Of a DNA stretch of 64,000 nucleotides, positions 1-8,489 are shown piece by piece. Source of the DNA: a virus. The notes beneath the pieces were generated by a model. That model was not told the origin of the DNA. It did not search any database and saw only the letters and a list, made by a program, of their open reading frames with translations. Location: IMG/VR virus record IMGVR_UViG_3300009545_000004, positions 5,560 to 69,559 of that record, one strand, 5' to 3'. A program made the translations under genes and the position numbers. The stretch's first letter is position 1; every line of letters starts with the position of its first letter.

Positions 1-1446
1 CACGTGAACAACGTGGTCGGCAACCTGACGATGGCGCACTTCGCGGGCGTGTCCTACCACCGCGGCGACAAGTACCTCGGCGCGCTGAAGGACTTCGTGA
101 TGAAGGGGCCCGGCCTGCAGGAGGCGCGCGACGCGGGCCTCTTCGTCGGGACGCACAGCGACGCCGAGCTGGTGCGGGAGCTGCCCAAGGAGCTGCGCGC
201 GCTCGTGGCGCAGCAGCGCGGCGTGCTCAAGATCGGCGCCGACCTGGCATTCAACATCGCGACGCTCGGCCTCAAGCGCCCGCTGACCGCGCTCTACGGC
301 GCCGAGGACACCTTCTTCAAGTACATGCTCTACAAGGACGCCCGTGGTCGCGGCATGGCACCGGGCGATGCGGTCAACCACGCCGAGCGCTACATCTTCA
401 CCTACGACGACTTGCCGAGCGGCGCGCGCGCGGTCAGCAACACCTTCGTGCCGTTCTTCTCGTGGACGTACAAGGCGGTGCCCGCGCTGCTGCACACCGC
501 GCTCGCGCACCCGGCGCGCTTTGCCGGGCCGATCGCCGTGACCTGGCTGGCCAACGCCATCGGCTACGCGCTGGCGGCCGGCGGCGACGACGACGACTGG
601 TACGAGAAGCTGAAGAAGGCCATCAGCGACCCGGCCTATCGCGCCAAGATGCAGGCGCTGCATGACCAGGAACAGAAGGGCCTGCCGCCCTGGATGCGCC
701 ACAAGTCGGCGCTGTTCGAGACGTATGCGAACGGCATCCCGAAGGCCGCGACGCCGACGACGAGCCTGTTCGATCGCGACAGCGTGATCCGCCTGGGCAA
801 GGACAGCGTGACGCACTTCCCTATGTTCATCGACGTGGGCCGGATGATCCCGGGCGGCGACCTGTTCGACGTGGCGCCGCACGCCGGGGGCATCTCCTTC
901 CCGGCGCCGATCACGCCGAGCAATCCGCTCTTCACGATCGGCTCGGGCATGTTCGGCAACAAGGACTTGTGGACCGGCAAGCCCATCGTGGACGCCAACG
1001 ACACCGGCTGGGAGAAGACCGAGAAGTACGCCGACTGGATCTGGCGCAACACGGCGCCGGCCATCGCGATCGGCGGCCGGCACTGGCAGACCGCGATGAA
1101 CGCGGCGGCGCATGCAGCCGGCGGCACGGCCAACTGGATGCCGACCTTCATGTCCGACAAGTACACCGGTATCCAGAAGAGCGGCCTGCCCGCGCAGCCG
1201 AGCCTCGCCGCTGCCAACATCATGGGCATCAAGATCAACCCGCAGGACTTGCAGCGCTCCGAGCAGATCGACCAGGCCATGAAGCAGAAGGCGATCCGCG
1301 ACATCCTGGCGGAGATGCGCGCGCTCAAGCGCCAGGAGAGCATCGGCGCCGTGCGGCCGGCCGAGGTGCAGCGCGAGATGGTGAAGGCGCGCGAGAAGAT
1401 CCAGAACGTGCAACGGGGGCTGACGGTCAGCGGCGACGAGCGCTGA
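1..1446 (+). CDS. C-terminal part of giant internal virion (polyvalent/DarB-like) protein, 5'-truncated by the window
   Basis: Frame is open from base 1. FVPFFSW...P motif and helical C-terminus resemble LPD38-like ends of large polyvalent proteins. Directly precedes the lysis genes, and the giant ORF at 56933 runs off the other end. Confidence 0.6.
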   Translation, partial: HVNNVVGNLTMAHFAGVSYHRGDKYLGALKDFVMKGPGLQEARDAGLFVGTHSDAELVRELPKELRALVAQQRGVLKIGADLAFNIATLGLKRPLTALYGAEDTFFKYMLYKDARGRGMAPGDAVNHAERYIFTYDDLPSGARAVSNTFVPFFSWTYKAVPALLHTALAHPARFAGPIAVTWLANAIGYALAAGGDDDDWYEKLKKAISDPAYRAKMQALHDQEQKGLPPWMRHKSALFETYANGIPKAATPTTSLFDRDSVIRLGKDSVTHFPMFIDVGRMIPGGDLFDVAPHAGGISFPAPITPSNPLFTIGSGMFGNKDLWTGKPIVDANDTGWEKTEKYADWIWRNTAPAIAIGGRHWQTAMNAAAHAAGGTANWMPTFMSDKYTGIQKSGLPAQPSLAAANIMGIKINPQDLQRSEQIDQAMKQKAIRDILAEMRALKRQESIGAVRPAEVQREMVKAREKIQNVQRGLTVSGDER

Positions 1447-1492
1447 TTCCACAGGCGGGCGCAACAGGCGCGCACCATGACAAGCTGGCCGC

Positions 1493-1918
1493 ATGGATCA
1501 CGATTGGCTCACCACCCTCGCCGGGTGGGCCGTTGCTACCCTGGGGATTGGGGGTGCAGGCCTCGCGGTGCGCAGCCGCATGAGCCGCGACAGCACCCAG
1601 CGCAGGAAGGATCGCGTCGAGTCTGAATTCGTCGGCCTCCTGCTCAAGGAACGCGACGGTGCGCGCGAGGAAGCGCGCCTGGCTCGCGAAGAGCGCCAGC
1701 GCGAACTGGATCGCCTGAAGGACGAGCGCAAGCGGGACGCCGAGCTGGTGGCCCGGCTGCGCGCAGACAACGCCCACCAGGAAGCCGAAATCCAGCGGCT
1801 CATCCGCGAGATGGACTCTTTCCGCCGCCGCGTCGCGCGCATGTTCCCCGAGACGCGCGAGTTCGTTCAAACCAACGTCGCCGACCTCTCCCCCCCTGAA
1901 ACGAAAGGCAAGCCATGA
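1493..1918 (+). CDS. Lysis-cassette membrane protein (N-terminal TM + coiled coil)
   Basis: Hydrophobic WLTTLAGWAVATLGIGGAGLAV followed by a charged coiled coil; first gene of the lysis cluster. Confidence 0.55.
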   Translation: MDHDWLTTLAGWAVATLGIGGAGLAVRSRMSRDSTQRRKDRVESEFVGLLLKERDGAREEARLAREERQRELDRLKDERKRDAELVARLRADNAHQEAEIQRLIREMDSFRRRVARMFPETREFVQTNVADLSPPETKGKP

Positions 1919-2166
1919 CCGAGTCCACGCTCCTCGTGCCGCCTCCGAAGAAGACCTGGGGCGAGAACCTCTCGGCGATGTGGCACCACGTCAGCACCTA
2001 CGTCGCGCTCGGCTACACCACCGCCACGGGCGTCTGGCTGAGCCTCGATCCCGCGACGCAGGCCGCCGCCATCGCTGTCGTGCCAGGCTTGAAGTGGATC
2101 GCGCCAGTGACGGCCGCCGTCGCCTTCATCGCGGCCAAGGGCCTGCCGCAGAAGCCGCGGGAGTAG
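1915..2166 (+). CDS. Putative holin
   Basis: 83 aa, two hydrophobic segments, basic C-terminus, directly upstream of the endolysin. Confidence 0.6.
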   Translation: MTESTLLVPPPKKTWGENLSAMWHHVSTYVALGYTTATGVWLSLDPATQAAAIAVVPGLKWIAPVTAAVAFIAAKGLPQKPRE

Positions 2167-2169
2167 GGC

Positions 2170-2742
2170 GTGGTGACGGTCGTCCAGCTCGTCGCGATCA
2201 TGGGCTGCAGGCCCGAGCGCGCCGTGCTATTCGTGGACGCGATCAACGTCACGTTTGCCGAGTTCGACATCCTCTCGGTGCCGCGCATGTCGGCCTGGTG
2301 CGGCCAGGTCGGCACCGAAAGCGGCGGCCTGACGTACACCCGGGAAATCTGGGGGCCGACCTCGTGGCAGAAGGCCTACGAACCGCCGAGCGCGAAGGCG
2401 ACCGAGCTGGGCAACACGCGGCCCGGCGACGGCCTGCGCTACCGCGGCCACGGCCTGATCCAGACGACGGGCCGCTACAACCACGCGCGAGCCCGCGACG
2501 GCCTGCGCAAGCACTTCCCCGATGCGCCCGACTTCGAGCTGTCGCCCGAGCTGCTGGAGCTGCCGCGCTGGGCCGCGGCGAGCGCTGGCCTCTACTGGGC
2601 GGACAAGGGATTGAACGCGCTCGCGGACCAGGACACGATCGAGAGCTTCACGGCGCTCACCCGGCGCGTCAACCGGGCGATGCTGAAGCTCGACGAGCGC
2701 ATCGCCTACTGGAAGAAGGGCAAGCAGGTTTTCTCAAGCTGA
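2170..2742 (+). CDS. Endolysin, glycoside hydrolase family 19
   Basis: GQVGTESGGLTYTRE and GDGLRYRGHGLIQTTGRYN motifs typical of GH19 phage lysins. Confidence 0.9.
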   Translation: MVTVVQLVAIMGCRPERAVLFVDAINVTFAEFDILSVPRMSAWCGQVGTESGGLTYTREIWGPTSWQKAYEPPSAKATELGNTRPGDGLRYRGHGLIQTTGRYNHARARDGLRKHFPDAPDFELSPELLELPRWAAASAGLYWADKGLNALADQDTIESFTALTRRVNRAMLKLDERIAYWKKGKQVFSS

Positions 2743-3349
2743 TGCCCACCAAGTTCACGATCACCAACTACGGCCTCGCGGCAAGGAGCTGCTGGTGGTC
2801 CTGGTGGATGCGCGTTCGCGCCCACGCCTGAACGCCATCGTGCGGCGCGAAATCGTCGGTGCTCGGTGCCGAGCAGGTGATGATCATCCGGCCGCTGAGA
2901 GGGGATGCGCCTCCCGGAGATCAGCTCTCGGCAGACGAACTGCTGGCGGCGTCCGAAGTCGTTGGCCGTGGTCCTGGTGATCCACCCTTTGACGACGCTA
3001 CGGGGGTCCGACCTGGCTTCGATCAACCCATCGGCCAAGTTGCTGTAGCCGCGCACGGTGTTGGCGGCCGAGTCGATGATTTCGGCCTTGAGGGGGTACT
3101 CGCCGTGATGCACAAGTCCGGGTCTGACGCCACCACGTACTTGCGGCAGACGCTCGGCCGGGCTCGTAGATGGCACCGGTATTGTCGCCATCCTGCAGGC
3201 GGAGAGCCGAAACAGGCGCCAGCAGCGCGATCCAAGCCTGAAGAGCTCCCTGTGGAAAGCTCCGTCCGTTCGCCTTGGCCCGTCGTGATTAGGCGGTATC
3301 CTTCCGGAACTATGACATTGCACGTCATCTACCGCGAGAATCTAAGCGT

Positions 3350-4447
3350 ATGAAGATTATTTCTATATTTAACAATAAGGGTGGCGTTGGGAAGACGACG
3401 CTCACGTTTCATCTTGCTCATGCTTTGGCTGAGCTGGGACATCGCACCCTGATTGTTGACATGGATCCGCAATGCAACGTGACAATTCTGGGGTTGGACG
3501 AGGCCACGTTGGATGAAGTGTGGAAGGCCGAGGAGAGTTATATAGATGATTATGTTGCAGCCAAGGCTGGTTCGACAGGCACTGAGTTTGAAGAACTGAT
3601 AACGTCGCCGCGGTCTGTGCATTTTCTACTGAAGCCAACGGAGGATGGTGCCTCCGATTTGGACCGACTACCCCCTCCTTTCGAAATAACGAAAAATCTA
3701 CATTTGATTCCCGGTCGACTTACGATGCATTTATACGAGGATGCTATTGCCCGTCGATGGAGTGATGTATATCAAGGCGATCCCCTTGCGGTTCGCACCT
3801 TGACAAAACCGAGGGATCTTGCGCTCAGGTATTCTAAGCTCTACAACTATGATTTTGTAATCTTAGACACTTCGCCTAGTTTGGGCACTCTCAACCGAGT
3901 AGTTATATCAACTGCCGACGGGATCGTCGTGCCCTGCATGCCGGATATGTTTTCACTTTACGGGATTAAAAATATTGGAAACGCGCTGGGGACTTGGAAA
4001 AAGCAGTTTGAAACGATTTATCATTTGCTTTCCGACGAAAAACGCAGGCTTTTCCCCGACAATTTTGTGAAACTGCTGGGGTTCACAATCTACAACGCAA
4101 AAAAGTACACGGGGGGGCGGCCGTGGGATTTGGCGACTGCGCACTATAACTACGCTCGAAGGATTCCCGCGCAAATTGAAGCTTACGTGCCGCCGGATCT
4201 GTTGAGCTATTTGCCCAAAGCAACATGGAGTGAGCCTATCGGGGAGACATCAATTATGCATACTCACAACACGCTCCCTACGATGGCGCAAAAGTATCAT
4301 GTGCCCATGTGGAAGGTGCCTTCGCAATCTTTGCGGTCCGAAGATCAAAATACTATTGCTGGCAATCGCTCCGTTTACGAAGAAACGCGATCAAAGTACG
4401 CCGAGTTTGCCGAAGATTTTTTGCGTCGTGTAGCGAAGCTTGATTGA
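3350..4447 (+). CDS. ParA/MinD-family ATPase (low-GC cargo)
   Basis: Deviant Walker A NNKGGVGKTT, VDMDPQCN, ILDTSPSLG; visibly more AT-rich than flanks. Confidence 0.9.
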   Translation: MKIISIFNNKGGVGKTTLTFHLAHALAELGHRTLIVDMDPQCNVTILGLDEATLDEVWKAEESYIDDYVAAKAGSTGTEFEELITSPRSVHFLLKPTEDGASDLDRLPPPFEITKNLHLIPGRLTMHLYEDAIARRWSDVYQGDPLAVRTLTKPRDLALRYSKLYNYDFVILDTSPSLGTLNRVVISTADGIVVPCMPDMFSLYGIKNIGNALGTWKKQFETIYHLLSDEKRRLFPDNFVKLLGFTIYNAKKYTGGRPWDLATAHYNYARRIPAQIEAYVPPDLLSYLPKATWSEPIGETSIMHTHNTLPTMAQKYHVPMWKVPSQSLRSEDQNTIAGNRSVYEETRSKYAEFAEDFLRRVAKLD

Positions 4448-4456
4448 GGAAGCTCC

Positions 4457-5404
4457 ATGCAAGACCCGGTATTTACACAAAATGCGCTTCGAGCATTCGA
4501 CGACTTGCAGCATGAGCTAGCAATCTTCATGGATAGCGTGGCCACATGGTTTCAAACGAATCCGCGGTTGTCACGGGGTTCATTACCGATTGTCCATTCT
4601 GTCAAAAAACGAATGAAGGACAGGGAGCATCTTCGAGAAAAAATAGAGAGAAAGTCTTCGCCAAATCGAATAATCAATGAGAGGTCTCTGTCAAATGAGG
4701 TGACAGACCTTACCGGAGTCCGAGTGCTGCATATTCACCAAGATCAAATGAGTCAGATTCACGCAGAGATTATGAATAAGGTGAATGTAAAAAACGACTG
4801 GCACCTCCATGAACAGCCTCGTGCATACACTTGGGATCAAGAATCTAGCGAATTTTTTCGCACGCTGGATTTGGACGTGGCTCTTAAACCTAGTTCATAT
4901 ACAAGTGTTCACTATGTGGTACGTCCCAAGCCTGATTCGAATATCTGCTGCGAAATTCAGGTAAGAACTTTGTTTGAGGAAGTCTGGGGCGAGGTGGATC
5001 ACGTCCTGAATTATCCCCAAGAAACATTGATTGTCGCGTGCCGGGAGCAACTGCGCGTCTTGGCAAAAGTTGTAGGCGCTGGCACGCGGCTGGTGGATTC
5101 GATATTCCGCAGCATCCCTCCTGCACAGGTAGCCGTGAATCCCGAAGTTCCAGCCGTAGACGCGGGAAGACCAGCTGAGCCGACAGGGGAGTCGGGTGCT
5201 TCCGTTGAAGTGCCCGCAGCGCCTGTTCAAGTGATCCTTCCCACCGTCCATGACCCGGCAGGAGCGGTCGCGGCACGGCCTGCTGAGCTGGAAATGGAGA
5301 AGCCTGACACCGACAAAGTACATGCAACGCCCGGAGCGACACCTCCGGCGGGCGCCGGGCATGTTGTCGACCAGGTCGACGCGGACGTTTCACGCAATGT
5401 CTAA
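4457..5404 (+). CDS. RelA/SpoT-domain small alarmone synthetase-like nucleotidyltransferase with Pro/Ala-rich tail
   Basis: SVKKRMKD..LREKIERK, TDLTGVRVL, YTSVHYVV, EIQVRTLFEEVWGEVDH; RBS GAGGA; 9 bp after parA. Confidence 0.88.
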   Translation: MQDPVFTQNALRAFDDLQHELAIFMDSVATWFQTNPRLSRGSLPIVHSVKKRMKDREHLREKIERKSSPNRIINERSLSNEVTDLTGVRVLHIHQDQMSQIHAEIMNKVNVKNDWHLHEQPRAYTWDQESSEFFRTLDLDVALKPSSYTSVHYVVRPKPDSNICCEIQVRTLFEEVWGEVDHVLNYPQETLIVACREQLRVLAKVVGAGTRLVDSIFRSIPPAQVAVNPEVPAVDAGRPAEPTGESGASVEVPAAPVQVILPTVHDPAGAVAARPAELEMEKPDTDKVHATPGATPPAGAGHVVDQVDADVSRNV

Positions 5405-5440
5405 CTGCTCAGGGGTTCGCCAAATTCAGCGGATAAGACA
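5399..5440 (-). other. Integron recombination-site-like sequence (attI-like, core GTTAGAC)
   Basis: GTCTAAC overlaps the synthetase stop codon; minus strand reads GTCTTATCCG...CAGTTAGAC. Confidence 0.4.
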
Positions 5441-5612
5441 CGACAACGCGGCGTTGCTGCGCGAGCTCGATAGGGTCTTCACATCGGCTTACGCCGTCCG
5501 TCCGCTGGGTAGCGAGAGCAGCCCCCGGACAGCTTGATCGACCGTCCGTTCCCGGCCGGGTGCGTGAATTCGGAGACCAACGCCGACTGACGCCCCCACC
5601 ACAAGCTTCCCG

Positions 5613-6089
5613 TCAGGCCTTGCGGGGGTATGGCTCCCACACCACGATGCCACGGGCGCGCGCATTCCGAACCATGTTCGCAGTGCCGGTGCCGCCGGCA
5701 AACGCAATGCAGACGTGCGCTCCGGCTTCGGCCATTTGCTTGTTCCGCATCGGCCCTGCAGCCTTGCCCCACATCTCCCAGGAAGCCGGATGCAGCTCCG
5801 GCTGGATGCCGTTTTCGCGAGCCCACTCGTCGGCCCAGCGGTCTGCGCCGGCCAGGTTGTGAGTCTTGGGGTCCATGCACGCCCCGTGCACCAGCAGCGT
5901 GATCGGGCGCTTGGCATGCGCTTTGTCGAGGGCGGCGAAGACGCGAGCGCGATCCTGATAGTCGCGGCCACCGCAGCAGATCACCACGAAGCCGGTCGCA
6001 AGGCGTTGGGCTCGCTGCTCGGCTGCGGAGGGCAGCAGTGGCGCGATCCGATCGGGCGGAACGTATGTTCGTTGTTGAGGGTTGCCCAT
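5613..6089 (-). CDS. DUF2493 / YspA-like SLOG family protein
   Basis: VICCGGRDY, LVHGA...GADRWADEWA, GKAAGPMRNKQM, IAFAGGTGTANMV. Confidence 0.88.
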   Translation of the reverse strand: MGNPQQRTYVPPDRIAPLLPSAAEQRAQRLATGFVVICCGGRDYQDRARVFAALDKAHAKRPITLLVHGACMDPKTHNLAGADRWADEWARENGIQPELHPASWEMWGKAAGPMRNKQMAEAGAHVCIAFAGGTGTANMVRNARARGIVVWEPYPRKA

Positions 6090-6109
6090 GCTCGCTCGTT
6101 CTCGTTCGG

Positions 6110-6286
6110 GGCTCAAAACAGCTCCTGGCTGTCGGGAGGCTCCTTGACAACACGCGGCCCCCTTGCGAGGGGAGCGGGCCGACCGTATCACGAGCGTACC
6201 GGTGTGGGCTGACCACGCCTTTGGGGGCTGCTTGAGACTGGGAAGCTGACGCTCACCAACGAGCATTGAACTCGCAGTTTTGACCC
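6110..6286. repeat. Element A, copy 1: ~175-nt non-coding multi-hairpin element upstream of the SLOG gene
   Basis: Near-identical to 8216-8384; several inverted repeats. Confidence 0.9.
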
Positions 6287-6327
6287 GTCACGGACTTTCG
6301 CATAAGCGTCATTTCCGCAAGGCTGTC

Positions 6328-6455
6328 GCTCAGCATTCGAGCGACGCCGTCTACGAGGGCTGACGCTCTGGCCGAGCGAAGCACGATAGACCGGAGGTGC
6401 CCAGTGACCAAGCATGGAGGCCATCGCGGGTCGGTGTTTGAGCGATGGACTAGAC
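6328..6455 (-). other. Degenerate integron attC-like site downstream of the HEPN gene
   Basis: Starts 1 nt after the stop with GTCTAGT (~RYYYAAC), then CCATCGCTCAAACACCGACCCGC..., ends GCTCGAATGCTGAGC (~GCTCGAAC-GTTRRRY); 128 nt. Confidence 0.55.
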
Positions 6456-6456
6456 A

Positions 6457-7848
6457 TTACCGCGCCTTGGCCTCCAGCAGAAGTTGTTCTACTAACTGGT
6501 TGCGGTCAAGTGACCAATCCAGCTTAGCAAGTCTGCCTTGCCACCAAGTTATCACTCCGATGAGGCAGAATAGCGTCCTGTCCGCTTCGTGCGAACCCAG
6601 AGGAATTCGGCTGTTGTGAGATGCTGCATTCCTCCATTTGAGTAATTCATTGAGTCTGTCAGCAACGTTCGCTGGAAATACTGACTTGCGGGATATTGGT
6701 TTCGTCGCCTCATCGATTCTCCTTGAATAGTACTGCCGATCATCGAGCAGCAAAGCGAGCAAGTCTCGTAGGATGGGCTTCAAGGCGTCGGATTCGACAG
6801 CGCTTTCCAGAGCCTTAATTTGATCGTAAACATGATCGGGGGACTTCTGCGTAGGCTTTGGCTGCGACAGGAGTTCTTCGACTCTCTTGTGCAAGCGCTC
6901 AACCGTCTGCCCAAGCGTTAAGCCGCCGGGTAGGGGCTCACGAAGCAAAGTTGTATAGATGCGCTGAAGATAATCTTCGGCAATGAGGCCAAGGGAACTT
7001 ATGCAATGCTGGAAGTCGTCCTCCACGTAGTATGCGAGCGCTTGCTCAAAGACCCTGGAGATCTGCCCATCTTGGACAACCTGGGTTAGTACACTAGAGA
7101 CGAACGGAAAGTACGGCCTAAACAAGTCCTCATCCGGGGCGAAAACGCGACGAAGGGTTGAGTCTGCGACCACACCGAGCCCCAAGTAGAAGTCACTCAA
7201 TGCAACGAGTTCATCGCGTCGCATTGCAACAAGGTGAAGAGTACCCGAGGAGCGAGGGCCCTCAAGCATTGTTACGAGTCCCGTCTTGATCTGATGCGGC
7301 TTTGAGGCGGAGAAGCCAGATAAGTATCCGTCGAAATAGATTCTCTCGGTGAAGACCTTCCAGGCTTCTGGAAACTTGTCAGGGATCTGAGCAAGATCCA
7401 GTTTTCCCATCCACGCATCGTGCTCCGCATACTTTGCTACGGTTCCCTCGGAGCGCCTTGCCACAGCACGGAAGAGTGCGTTAATCGAACTTAATCGATT
7501 CGAAATTTGAAGCAACTCGGCTCGTTTCTCCTCGGACATCCTCCTTGCCGTTGTCAGAGGAGAGAAGTTGGGCGTATCGGTTTCATTTTCAATTTCGGAG
7601 AGCGTGCTCAGCGTTCCAATTAGGTACTTGGCGAACGGAGAGCTTGGGTTCCAAGTTGCTCGAAACTCCCAGAAACCTTTCTCGTATGGCTCCAACAGGT
7701 ATTCAACAATAGGGATCGTGAGCGACTTGGGCAGCGGCGCGCGCGTCGTCCTACGAGGCGTGGCAGATCCAGATTCGCGTTCCGCTTGGGTCTCGACGGT
7801 GCGAATGAGGCGAGCGAGCCTTAGATCATTTAGCAAAGTGTCTCCCAC
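6457..7848 (-). CDS. Cargo protein with C-terminal HEPN-like domain
   Basis: C-terminal WRNAASH (Rx4H) and LIAEDYLQ..TLGQ helix pattern; lower GC. Confidence 0.6.
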   Translation of the reverse strand: MGDTLLNDLRLARLIRTVETQAERESGSATPRRTTRAPLPKSLTIPIVEYLLEPYEKGFWEFRATWNPSSPFAKYLIGTLSTLSEIENETDTPNFSPLTTARRMSEEKRAELLQISNRLSSINALFRAVARRSEGTVAKYAEHDAWMGKLDLAQIPDKFPEAWKVFTERIYFDGYLSGFSASKPHQIKTGLVTMLEGPRSSGTLHLVAMRRDELVALSDFYLGLGVVADSTLRRVFAPDEDLFRPYFPFVSSVLTQVVQDGQISRVFEQALAYYVEDDFQHCISSLGLIAEDYLQRIYTTLLREPLPGGLTLGQTVERLHKRVEELLSQPKPTQKSPDHVYDQIKALESAVESDALKPILRDLLALLLDDRQYYSRRIDEATKPISRKSVFPANVADRLNELLKWRNAASHNSRIPLGSHEADRTLFCLIGVITWWQGRLAKLDWSLDRNQLVEQLLLEAKAR

Positions 7849-8134
7849 GAGATCGAAAATCCGGCTGGCGAGTTCGCCCCAGCCGACAGTCAGAGCGGAA
7901 AGTCGTTAACGCCCGGCTGGCACATCGTCCTTTCCGCGCTCGACGCCAAAGAAGGTGAGCATGCCGTCCGTCCCAGTGACGGGGCGGTAGTTTGAGCATA
8001 TTCGGAGATTATGTCCTGTACTGTCGAACGTCATTTCGGCTGTCCGAAGGCATGCGCCCGTTGAAGCGCGCCCTTCATCTGCGCCGATTGGTACATCATG
8101 CCCTCGGGGGTCTTCACTTCCTGCCCCCCAACGT

Positions 8135-8218
8135 TCAGGCCTTGCTGGGGTATGGCTCCCACACGACGATACCTAGGGTGCGCGCATTGCGAACCATGTT
8201 CGCGGTGCCTGTACCGGC
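8135..8218 (-). pseudogene. 3'-end remnant of a second SLOG (DUF2493) gene
   Basis: Matches 5613-5698 (GTGTANMVRNARTLGIVVWEPYPSKA*); the rest is deleted, so it joins element A copy 2 directly. Confidence 0.9.
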
Positions 8219-8384
8219 TTAAAGCAGCTCCTGGCTGTCGTGAGGCTCCTTGATAACAAGCGGCCCCCTTGCGAGGGGAGCGGGCTGACCGTATCACGAG
8301 CATACCGGTGTGGGCTGACCGCACCTTGGGGCTGCTTGAGACTGGGAAGCTGACGTCCAACTACGAGCATCGCAGTTTCGACCC
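8216..8384. repeat. Element A, copy 2
   Basis: Near-identical to 6110-6286. Confidence 0.9.
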
Positions 8385-8489
8385 AATGCAGCCGCTTGCT
8401 TGTCGGCAAAGCCGACACTCTGCTGCGCCTGTTGTTGAACCCGTTCGGCTATGGGAATGACTTCGCGCCTGGAAGGCCGTGCTTGAACA

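Noticed and set aside
3350-4447. Plasmid-prophage partition system
   Set aside because: No parB or parS recognised, atypical GC, operonic with a synthetase; the phage has an integrase
5613-8384. Diversity-generating retroelement TR/VR pair or retron
   Set aside because: No reverse transcriptase seen; differences between copies are not adenine-specific
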